DNA from: an uncultured Sunxiuqinia sp.
GTDB lineage: Bacteria; Bacteroidota; Bacteroidia; Bacteroidales; Prolixibacteraceae
DNA length: 64,000 nt
NCBI GenBank assembly: GCA_965372405.1
Contig: CBDVCE010000013.1
Coordinates: forward strand, 3,777 to 67,776
Direction: 5' to 3'
Part shown: one piece after another, positions 39,770 to 48,194 of the stretch
How positions within the stretch are numbered: position 1 is the first letter of the stretch
How the letters are laid out: each line of letters begins with the position of its first letter
Position numbers and translations under genes: made by a program
The notes under the pieces: model-generated
What the model saw: only the letters and a program-made list of their open reading frames with translations
What the model was told of the DNA's origin: nothing
Database searches by the model: none

Positions 39770-41653
39770 ATGAATTTAATTTATAAAAAATTACATATCC
39801 TAATATTCATCTTCCTCTTTAGCTACATTGCTATGGGGAGTGAAAACAGGACATTGATTATCTGTATAGACGGATGTAACTCTACTGTTGTAGATTACGC
39901 CTACACTCCTACAGTGCAGGCACTAATCGACAATTCAACGTTCTCTACTAAAGTACAATTAAGAGGAAATGCATATCCTACTTCAGGATGGGCTTCCCTA
40001 CTAACCGGAGCATATTCCATCAATCATGGGGTTGAGAAAGACAGTATTTGGGATGATAACAAGTTTGACGAATACCCATTACTTTTTGACCGAATTAGAA
40101 CGGAGACTCCTGAGAAAAAAACACGAGCTGTTGTTTGTAATGAGATCTTGTATGAGATCGTACAATCTGCTGATAATTTTGAATTATTAGATGATGATGA
40201 CTTGGTGGAAAGTGCAGTTCTTAATTATCTGAATTCGGATATTGAAACCAATCTTTACTTTGTTGAATTTGAAGGTGTTTTTGAAGCAGGTAGAACTTAT
40301 GGTTTTGATGATGCAAGAATTGAATATGTTAAAGCATTTCAACGGATTGATGAACGGATTGGAAATTTTATGCAAGCAATCCAGAACCGTCCTGAATATG
40401 ACAATGAAAATTGGACTATCATGCTTACTTCAAATCATGGTGGAAATATTGATGGAACATATGGTGGTGACTCTAAAAGTGAAACAACCATACCTCTTAT
40501 TATAAGCGGCGACGGTATTGACAACCGAAACTTGGCCTCGGGTTTATCAGATGCCAAGCCTGACAAAGACAACAGTATCCAGTTTGAACCGGAGAATACT
40601 AAAGACTTCCGTTATGTCATGATCAAAAAGACAGGAACAAAGTTGGAAGAAATGCTTGATTTCACTGTTGAATTTAAAGTTTATGCGAACGACTGGACCA
40701 GCGATCCAAGTATTATTGGAGACAAAGACTGGGGTTCTGGTGGAAATCCAGGATGGACAGTGGCTCGTCGTGGTAGTGCTTATAAATTTAACCATGCAAG
40801 TGTGAAACGTTCTCGTATCGACTTGAATGGTGGAGGAACAATTGCAGATGGTGACTGGCATCATGTAGCAATTACATTTGATCCTACAGGATATTGCAGA
40901 ATGTATACCGATGGTGAATTATCTGAAGAAAAGCCGATGTCATACATTGATGATGATGAATTTAAGTCACCTTTCGATTATCTGGCAATTGGAAATGAAG
41001 GAACTCTAACGTACAATAACTGGAAAGGTATTATTGATGAAGTACGGATATGGGATGTTCCATTATCTGCAGAAACCGTTATTGAATATTATAAGAAAGA
41101 TAATATTGAAAGATTAGATCATCCAAACATTGACGATCTTCTTGCTTATTACAAGATGAATGAAACGACCGAGGCAGATGGTAGCAAAGTGTATGACCAT
41201 AGTGGAAATGATTACCATGGTACACTAGTAAAAGGGAATCGAGTATATGTTGCACCACTTAAACTTACAGATATTCATCCTACCGTAATTGACCAATTTG
41301 GTGGATCTGTTCAGAATGAATGGAAGCTAAATGGCGATATCGTTAAAAATGATGTCCGTTTTATTCTTGGTGAAGAAGCTGCCAATGCAATAAGCACTGT
41401 GGGGAGTCATTACCCCAACCCTATTCGTTCATCCGAATTACTAAACGTAATCATTCCTGAGTCATTTGACCAAATGAGCAATGTAGATCTTAAAGTGCTC
41501 GACATTAATGGTTCAATATACCAAAATAAGGAAGTGACATTGTTGGGAAATGGAACTTACAAACTAAAAACCGAAGGATTAAAAAGTGGATATTACATCT
41601 ATAGTATCCGTTCTGGAAATAAATACTTGCTTGGTAAATTTCAGGTAAGGTAA
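39770..41653 (+). CDS. Alkaline-phosphatase-superfamily (NPP-like) domain + LamG + T9SS C-terminal domain; catalytic motifs degenerate
   Basis: IICIDG, SLLTG...NHGV, NHGG; LamG WHHVAITFD...GIIDEVRIW; YPNP...SGYYIY...KFQVR sorting tail. Confidence 0.88.
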   Translation: MNLIYKKLHILIFIFLFSYIAMGSENRTLIICIDGCNSTVVDYAYTPTVQALIDNSTFSTKVQLRGNAYPTSGWASLLTGAYSINHGVEKDSIWDDNKFDEYPLLFDRIRTETPEKKTRAVVCNEILYEIVQSADNFELLDDDDLVESAVLNYLNSDIETNLYFVEFEGVFEAGRTYGFDDARIEYVKAFQRIDERIGNFMQAIQNRPEYDNENWTIMLTSNHGGNIDGTYGGDSKSETTIPLIISGDGIDNRNLASGLSDAKPDKDNSIQFEPENTKDFRYVMIKKTGTKLEEMLDFTVEFKVYANDWTSDPSIIGDKDWGSGGNPGWTVARRGSAYKFNHASVKRSRIDLNGGGTIADGDWHHVAITFDPTGYCRMYTDGELSEEKPMSYIDDDEFKSPFDYLAIGNEGTLTYNNWKGIIDEVRIWDVPLSAETVIEYYKKDNIERLDHPNIDDLLAYYKMNETTEADGSKVYDHSGNDYHGTLVKGNRVYVAPLKLTDIHPTVIDQFGGSVQNEWKLNGDIVKNDVRFILGEEAANAISTVGSHYPNPIRSSELLNVIIPESFDQMSNVDLKVLDINGSIYQNKEVTLLGNGTYKLKTEGLKSGYYIYSIRSGNKYLLGKFQVR

Positions 41654-41672
41654 TTTGATTAATAATTAAATT

Positions 41673-42155
41673 ATGAAATGTAAAATTATGAAGCATTTAC
41701 TATATACAGTTTTACTATTCTCAGCAATCCTATTTGTGAGCTGTGAAGAACAAACCATTTACGAAGGCAATTTTGATGAGCAGCAAATTTCAGCAAAAAG
41801 CCTTAATGGAACATGGGAATCACCCAAAGATGTAAAGACACCTGATAATGTTCCTAAGTCTATTATAAGCAAATTAAGAATCGTTTTCACTGTTGATGAA
41901 AATGGCATGCCAAATGAATTCTTTAGTGAAGGTGCTAATGATGTTTTTAAAACGGCCTCAGGTACATGGAGCTTTATAAACAACGATGTCACCATGATAT
42001 CTCTAATAGGTATTGAACCAATTAAAGAATTTGAGATTGACGCTTCGGTGAAAGACAGATTAAAATTATGGTTTAACTCAACATGGAGAGATACTGAAGG
42101 AAACTCAGGTGAAGGATTATTTGAAGTAACATTAATCCGTGCTGGTACTGAATAG
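41673..42155 (+). CDS. Small lipoprotein (lipocalin/DUF5004-like)
   Basis: Lipobox VSC; LNGTW, ASGTWSF motifs. Confidence 0.7.
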   Translation: MKCKIMKHLLYTVLLFSAILFVSCEEQTIYEGNFDEQQISAKSLNGTWESPKDVKTPDNVPKSIISKLRIVFTVDENGMPNEFFSEGANDVFKTASGTWSFINNDVTMISLIGIEPIKEFEIDASVKDRLKLWFNSTWRDTEGNSGEGLFEVTLIRAGTE

Positions 42156-42215
42156 CCATATCGGGGCGACAGTATATCCTGAAGCTCCGGGCTTTCATTA
42201 ATTACTAACGTAAAA

Positions 42216-43928
42216 TTGAGTAAAATGAAAATAAAAGATTATAGAATATTATTAGTATTTCTTTTGTTTGTTACAGCCTTTATTGGCTGTGACGAAAAAG
42301 AAGTAATTGAGCCTGAAGTCAAGCAAATTGACCCTCATGAAATATCTATCGTTAATATAAATCCGAATACGGAGGAAGAATATACTTTAGAGGAATTGGG
42401 GCAATTACTTTATGATCCGGGGAGTGAAGATTATTATGACAGCACTCAGGTAATAAAAATGTATTTGCATATTCCACATGATGCTACTAAAATTGAAGCA
42501 TTAAGGTCGAATGGAGTGGTTTTTAATTCGGTTACAAATATTGAAAAGGTTGAAAGTGGTTATAGAGCTTATTTTGAGTTTACCGTTTTAGATCTTGGCG
42601 TTCAAATATTTGATGAAACACACCTTACTTTTGTTGTCACATATAAGGATGCAACAATAACCGGCGATGGATTGGCTGTATATAAAATTCATCATATTGA
42701 GAAATACATTCCACCACAATACGGAACTCCATTCCATTTTATTAAGCAGTCTGGAGATACAGTTAAAATTGCAATTGAGGTTGATCCAGACTTGATGAGC
42801 GATGGACGTATGTTTGGTACCGTTATTACGCACTCAAACGGAAGCTATGCTAAAGTTGATGCAGGAAGCCAGCTCGATTTTAGGCATGAAAATGATTTCA
42901 CAGTTGGAGTTTGGGTGAATACCGATGTTAATCAAAGTGATCCTGTTATTATAGGTGACAAAGATTGGGGTTCTGGTGGAAATCCAGGATTCTTATTTAC
43001 CCAAATTGGTAGCAACTGGAAACTAAATGCAGGTGATGGATCAAATCGTATTGATGTTACAGGAACTGATATTGATGATGGTTTTTGGCATTTTCTAGCA
43101 GTATCATTTGATCGCGATGGCGAAGCAACTGTTTACACTGATGGTATCAAAAATAGCTCATCTGATATGTCTGCACTTGGTAATATGTCTGCTGACTTAG
43201 ATCTTAATCTTGGTCAGGACGGAACTGGAGGTTATCAGCCATGGGATGGAAAAACAGGTTCTGCATACATTTATGATTATGTACTCACACCAGAAGAAAT
43301 TCTTCAAATCGGAGCATCTGGTGCTTCATTAATGAGAAGTGATGGATCAATATCTCCTTTGCCTACTATAAACGAAGCTAGCTCGAAAACACTTGATGGA
43401 AATAAAGTGGTGTATGAAACGAATGGCTCTGATGAATTGGTTACTCTTGATACTATTCCGGAATTGGAATTTAGGTTTGAAGAGGATTTTTCAGTGGCAG
43501 TTTGGGTGAATACAACAGTAAGTCAAAGTGATCCTGTAATTGCGGGTGATAAAAACTGGGGAAGTGGTAGTAATCCAGGTTGGTTACTTACACAAATAGG
43601 AAGTAACTGGAAGCTAAATATGGCTGGAGTTGCATCTGACACCAGAATAGATATTACGGGTAATGACATCAACGACGGTAGCTGGCACTTAATTGGAGCA
43701 ACCTTTGACAGAGATGGTGAAGTAACTATTTATCAGGATGGTGTTGCAATTGAGAGTAAAGACATGTCTCATGTCGGAACCATGCAAACTCCTGAAAACT
43801 ATCCAATTCGGTTAGCGCAGGATGGTACTGGCACATATGGCTATTGGTATGAAGGAAAAGTAGCTAACTGTGTAATTACCGATTATGTCTTAACTGCTGA
43901 AGAGATGATGGATTTATTTAATCAATAG
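42216..43928 (+). CDS. Lipoprotein with two tandem LamG-like jelly-roll domains
   Basis: Lipobox IGC; repeated F(T/S)V.VWVNT...SDPVI.GDK(D/N)WGSG.NPG...W(H)...FDRDG...QDGTG. Confidence 0.88.
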   Translation: MSKMKIKDYRILLVFLLFVTAFIGCDEKEVIEPEVKQIDPHEISIVNINPNTEEEYTLEELGQLLYDPGSEDYYDSTQVIKMYLHIPHDATKIEALRSNGVVFNSVTNIEKVESGYRAYFEFTVLDLGVQIFDETHLTFVVTYKDATITGDGLAVYKIHHIEKYIPPQYGTPFHFIKQSGDTVKIAIEVDPDLMSDGRMFGTVITHSNGSYAKVDAGSQLDFRHENDFTVGVWVNTDVNQSDPVIIGDKDWGSGGNPGFLFTQIGSNWKLNAGDGSNRIDVTGTDIDDGFWHFLAVSFDRDGEATVYTDGIKNSSSDMSALGNMSADLDLNLGQDGTGGYQPWDGKTGSAYIYDYVLTPEEILQIGASGASLMRSDGSISPLPTINEASSKTLDGNKVVYETNGSDELVTLDTIPELEFRFEEDFSVAVWVNTTVSQSDPVIAGDKNWGSGSNPGWLLTQIGSNWKLNMAGVASDTRIDITGNDINDGSWHLIGATFDRDGEVTIYQDGVAIESKDMSHVGTMQTPENYPIRLAQDGTGTYGYWYEGKVANCVITDYVLTAEEMMDLFNQ

Positions 43929-43967
43929 ATAAGGATGATTTTTCTTAAAGCGATTTAGTTAGATCAT

Positions 43968-44017
43968 GAGGCTGCCGGATAATTCTGGATAGGAATTGTT
44001 AGGGCAGCCTCCTTTTT
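43968..44017 (+). terminator. Rho-independent terminator after the SusCD/LamG operon
   Basis: GAGGCTGCC / GGCAGCCTC stem with an inner AATTC/GAATT stem, followed by a T-tract. Confidence 0.8.
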
Positions 44018-44076
44018 ATCTGAATTTACTTTACTTGCTTTCAATATGCATCTAGTACCAAATTAAGGATACAAAA

Positions 44077-45162
44077 ATGAATTATTATTTGACTGTTTTT
44101 ATCGTGTTATTGGCTTCTCTGGCTTATGGACAATCGTTGCTGGAGAATGAAATAAAAATCGATGTTCATATAGAAGGATTGCAGGATGGTAAAATGTTTT
44201 TCCTTAATAGCGTTAGCGAGGCACGGTTGGATTCTTCAGTTGTGAAAAATGATAAATTGACATTCTCGTATAAAGGTGAACCTGCGTCCGTTGTTATCTT
44301 TTCAAGACCTGATATGGGAGGGAACAGTACCGATCAATGTCTTGCCATGTTTATTACTGATAAATATGATATGAAGCTGACCGGACATGTTGATAGCGTG
44401 GAGAATTTAAGTATAGAAGGCTCAGATAATCATGATGAATTATATCGATTCCATTTTAATATTAAAATGCCTTTGGAGATGGCGCTAGACACGATTTTAC
44501 CATTTCCACAGAATACGTCAGTACGCGATAGCTTGCAAAACATAATTAATATCGCTCATACCAACTTTATCAAAGAACATTCTGATTCATATCCTGGGCT
44601 TTTTGTTTTGTATTATCAAATTCTTGATAAACTATACACAAAGGACGGCGCTCTTGAGTTACTATCTCTTTTTGAAAAGAATTATAGCGGTTCCATTTAC
44701 TACAAATCATGCAAGAGTATGATAGCTAATAAAAATTGTGTTCAGGTAGGTAGTATTGCTCCCGACTTTTCATGTACAGATAGTAATAACAAGATGATTT
44801 CACTTTCAGATTATCGCGGTAAATATGTTTTGTTAGAGTTTTGGTCTTCATGGTGCGGACCGTGCAGATCCGAAGTACCCTTCTTGGTAAAAGCGTATGA
44901 AAAGTATAAAAAATTGGGATTGGAGATTATTGGGATCTCCCTGGATATAAATAAAGCTACCTGGCGGAAAACTATAGAAGAAAAAAAGTTTTCATGGATT
45001 CAAATATGCGATTTTAAGGGACATTTTAATGAAATCGCAGTGTTGTATACTGTAAATTCAGTTCCGAATAATTTTTTAATAAATCCTGAAGGAAGAATTA
45101 TTGCGAAGAATTTAAGGACTATTCAGCTAAAAGAAAAGCTTGAGGAAATAATGAAACAATAA
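44077..45162 (+). CDS. TlpA/ResA-like thiol-disulfide oxidoreductase
   Basis: APDF, FWSSWCGPC, SVPNNFLINPEGRIIA; DUF4369-like N-terminus. Confidence 0.92.
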   Translation: MNYYLTVFIVLLASLAYGQSLLENEIKIDVHIEGLQDGKMFFLNSVSEARLDSSVVKNDKLTFSYKGEPASVVIFSRPDMGGNSTDQCLAMFITDKYDMKLTGHVDSVENLSIEGSDNHDELYRFHFNIKMPLEMALDTILPFPQNTSVRDSLQNIINIAHTNFIKEHSDSYPGLFVLYYQILDKLYTKDGALELLSLFEKNYSGSIYYKSCKSMIANKNCVQVGSIAPDFSCTDSNNKMISLSDYRGKYVLLEFWSSWCGPCRSEVPFLVKAYEKYKKLGLEIIGISLDINKATWRKTIEEKKFSWIQICDFKGHFNEIAVLYTVNSVPNNFLINPEGRIIAKNLRTIQLKEKLEEIMKQ

Positions 45163-45214
45163 ATAAACTAGCTTTTAACGATTAAACTTCAGCTCAACTC
45201 AAAGAACTAGACAA

Positions 45215-45441
45215 ATGAAAAACTTAATTATTCTAATTCTAACGGTTTTGATAATTTTACAATACAGCACTCCCCAAACAGGCAAAAAAACCTGATGGAG
45301 GCAAAACCGATCCTTTATCATGTGAATGGAGAACAAGTTTTCCTTTTTAAGGAAATTAAATTTGATAGCGATAATGTTGATGTAAAATTCGAATTCTACA
45401 AATTGGAAAACGATTCTTTAAAAAGAATGATAGTTAAGTAG
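45215..45441 (+). pseudogene. Possible frameshifted small secreted-protein remnant
   Basis: MKNLIILILTVLIILQ signal-like start stops after an A7 run; one extra A would join it to a 48-codon downstream frame. Confidence 0.3.
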
Positions 45442-45517
45442 AATCGATTAGTTTGGAAGGTTACATTTCGTGATAATTTATCTCTTTTAATTTAAAACCA
45501 TAAATCAAAAACATACT

Positions 45518-47392
45518 ATGTCAATCAAATCACTACTTTTAATATTTCTTGGATTCTGTTCTATTCTTGGATTTGCCAAAGAAAATAAAGTACTTATAAT
45601 CGGAATTGATGGTGTACGACCAGATGCAATGGTTGTTGCAGAAACACCAAATATTGATGATCTTATTTCAAATTCAACGTATTCTTTGGATGCAATAAAT
45701 GAAGGCACTACATCTAGTGGTCCAAGTTGGTCTGCAATGCTAACAGGCGTTTGGCAAAGCAAACACGGTGTAAATGATAATTCATTTAATGGGGAAAATT
45801 ATAATGAATATCCACATTTCTTTAAATATTTAGAAGATACAAATCCTGAATTACATACCGCATCAATTTGTCAATGGGATCCAATAAACGATCAATTAGC
45901 GTACTTAGAAGCTGACTACGTAAAGAATGTATCCAGTGAAGCACAGTTGATAACTGAAACAGTAAATTATTTATCAAACAACGATCCAGATGCACTTTTC
46001 ATACATTTTGATGATGTTGATGGCGCAGGACATGGACAGGGCTACTCCCCTACCAATCCACCTTACCTAACTGCCATTGAAGAAGTAGATGCAGGCATTG
46101 GGCAAATTATGCAAGCATTAAAAGGTAGAGCAAACTATGAAAACGAAAATTGGTTAATTATTATATCAACTGATCATGGCGGTATAGGTCATGGGCATGG
46201 TGGCAATTCTATCGAAGAACGAAATATTTTTGTCATTTGCAGTGGCGATGAAGTACCAAATATTGAAATCAAAAAGGATAGTACTTTAACCAGTGTACCT
46301 CCAGTTGAGAATTGTTTGCAAGATTCTGTTGAACTTTACTTTAGTGGTACTTCAAAAGTTACAACTCCGTTGAAGGATGTTTTCAACTTCGGAACTGATA
46401 AAGATTTTTCTATAGAATGTCGCATCCGAACTACAAATTCAGGCGATGTGGCAATAGTTACTGATAAAGACTGGGATACTGGAAGAAATCCAGGAGTTGT
46501 TTTTTCATTCGTAGGAGGAGGTTCCGGACCATGGAAAGTTAATATTGGTGATGGAACTAATCGGGCTGACATTAACGGGAACGTCGTTCATGACAACCTT
46601 TGGCACACCCTTAGTGCAACCTTCGACCGAGATGGAAGATTGATTATTTACGCAGATGGTGCTGTACTTGACAGTGTCTCAATTGCATCAATCGGAGATA
46701 TCTATTCCGGATTTCCTATTTCCTTTGGTGCTGATGCAAACAATAGCTATGCTTACAAAGGGCATATTGCAGAAGTAAGAGTCTTTAGTGAAATTCTGGC
46801 ACCATCAACCATTAACAATTGGAATTGTAAGAAAATTGACGACACGCATGAGAATTACAATTCACTAATCGGTTATTGGCAACTTACAGAAGGAAATAAT
46901 AGCCAGGTTGTAACAGATTACAGCACCACCGAGGCACATGGAAATATTTCAAATGCCACATGGAAAAACGCGAAAGATACAATAGAAACATGGGAGTATG
47001 ATTTTAGCAATACTCCACGTACAGTAGATGTTGCTGTTTCAGCTATGAAACACATGTGTATTACAATTAATGAAGATTGGAATTTGGATGGAAACGTTGT
47101 AGGGGCAGTTTGTAACACCCCAACCAGTATTGAAGAGAAAATCATAAATGACAAAATTAAAGTTTATCCCAATCCGGGAAGCGAGTACGTAAATTTTGAG
47201 ACTTCTAGTCTCCTTTACAATGAAGATGTTTTTGTTTCAATCTTTAACAGTTATGGCAATTTGGTTATACGTAAACAAATCAAAAACAGGAAGCTTAGAC
47301 TTGACAGAGGAAATCTAAATTCAGGCCTGTATTTTTATAAAGTTGAATCACAAAATAAGCCATTTGCGAGTGGTAAGTTTACTTTAAGATGA
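45518..47392 (+). CDS. Alkaline-phosphatase-superfamily (NPP-like) enzyme + LamG + T9SS C-terminal domain; motifs intact
   Basis: IIGIDG, TSSGPSW, DDVDGAGH, STDHGG, GHGG; LamG domain; VYPNP...SGLYFY...GKFTLR tail. Confidence 0.9.
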   Translation: MSIKSLLLIFLGFCSILGFAKENKVLIIGIDGVRPDAMVVAETPNIDDLISNSTYSLDAINEGTTSSGPSWSAMLTGVWQSKHGVNDNSFNGENYNEYPHFFKYLEDTNPELHTASICQWDPINDQLAYLEADYVKNVSSEAQLITETVNYLSNNDPDALFIHFDDVDGAGHGQGYSPTNPPYLTAIEEVDAGIGQIMQALKGRANYENENWLIIISTDHGGIGHGHGGNSIEERNIFVICSGDEVPNIEIKKDSTLTSVPPVENCLQDSVELYFSGTSKVTTPLKDVFNFGTDKDFSIECRIRTTNSGDVAIVTDKDWDTGRNPGVVFSFVGGGSGPWKVNIGDGTNRADINGNVVHDNLWHTLSATFDRDGRLIIYADGAVLDSVSIASIGDIYSGFPISFGADANNSYAYKGHIAEVRVFSEILAPSTINNWNCKKIDDTHENYNSLIGYWQLTEGNNSQVVTDYSTTEAHGNISNATWKNAKDTIETWEYDFSNTPRTVDVAVSAMKHMCITINEDWNLDGNVVGAVCNTPTSIEEKIINDKIKVYPNPGSEYVNFETSSLLYNEDVFVSIFNSYGNLVIRKQIKNRKLRLDRGNLNSGLYFYKVESQNKPFASGKFTLR

Positions 47393-47464
47393 TTTTCAAA
47401 TAAATTAAGCATTCAATCCATCAGGCAAAGAAACTCAAGCTAAAATCATCAATAATAGCCACAT

Positions 47465-48127
47465 ATGACACAATTCCAAATGTCTTTTTTAAAAAAAGCA
47501 GGGATATTAATTTTGTTCTCGATATTATTTATTCCATTATTTGGGAGGTCTAAAAGTGATGTTATTGATGAAATTTGGCAAGAGCTACTTGTTGATTATG
47601 ATATTAATAACAACTTAAGCACAGGTATTTTAATAAACAATTTTTACAGTACCCAACAGGGCAACTACGATAGATTTATTGAATTTATCCTTTGCTACCA
47701 ATTCTCCCAAAAGTTTCAAATTGAAGGATTATACCGACATGAGTATTATAAATTAGATAATATATGGTCTTATGAATACCGCCCTTCTGTTCGTTTGTCA
47801 TATCAAATAAATAGAGGCGGTTTTCATTTTCGAAACAGACACCGTGCAGAACTACGCCTTTTTTCTATTGAAAAATCCAGCTACAGATATCGTACTGATT
47901 TACTTATAAAACCTGAGTGGTCATTATCAACATTCGAATTAAAACCATACATTATTGGGGAAGTTTTTATTGAAAAAGAAGGAGTTTCAAGGTGTCGAAG
48001 TTATTTAGGAATTGAAGGTCGAAAGGGAAAGATCTCACCATCAATCTACTTATTATTACAATCTGATAATTATAAAAGTTGGGAACATTCAACAATCCTA
48101 GGAGTGAGCCTATCGATAGAACTATAA
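47465..48127 (+). CDS. DUF2490-like outer-membrane beta-barrel protein
   Basis: Signal peptide; EYRP, FRNRHRAELR, RYRTDL pattern; alternating beta-strand C-terminus. Confidence 0.75.
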   Translation: MTQFQMSFLKKAGILILFSILFIPLFGRSKSDVIDEIWQELLVDYDINNNLSTGILINNFYSTQQGNYDRFIEFILCYQFSQKFQIEGLYRHEYYKLDNIWSYEYRPSVRLSYQINRGGFHFRNRHRAELRLFSIEKSSYRYRTDLLIKPEWSLSTFELKPYIIGEVFIEKEGVSRCRSYLGIEGRKGKISPSIYLLLQSDNYKSWEHSTILGVSLSIEL

Positions 48128-48194
48128 AAGTTATTGTAAAACATTAGTATCCCTAAAATGAATTTGATCAAATAGCTAAAAACAAAGGTTCAAG

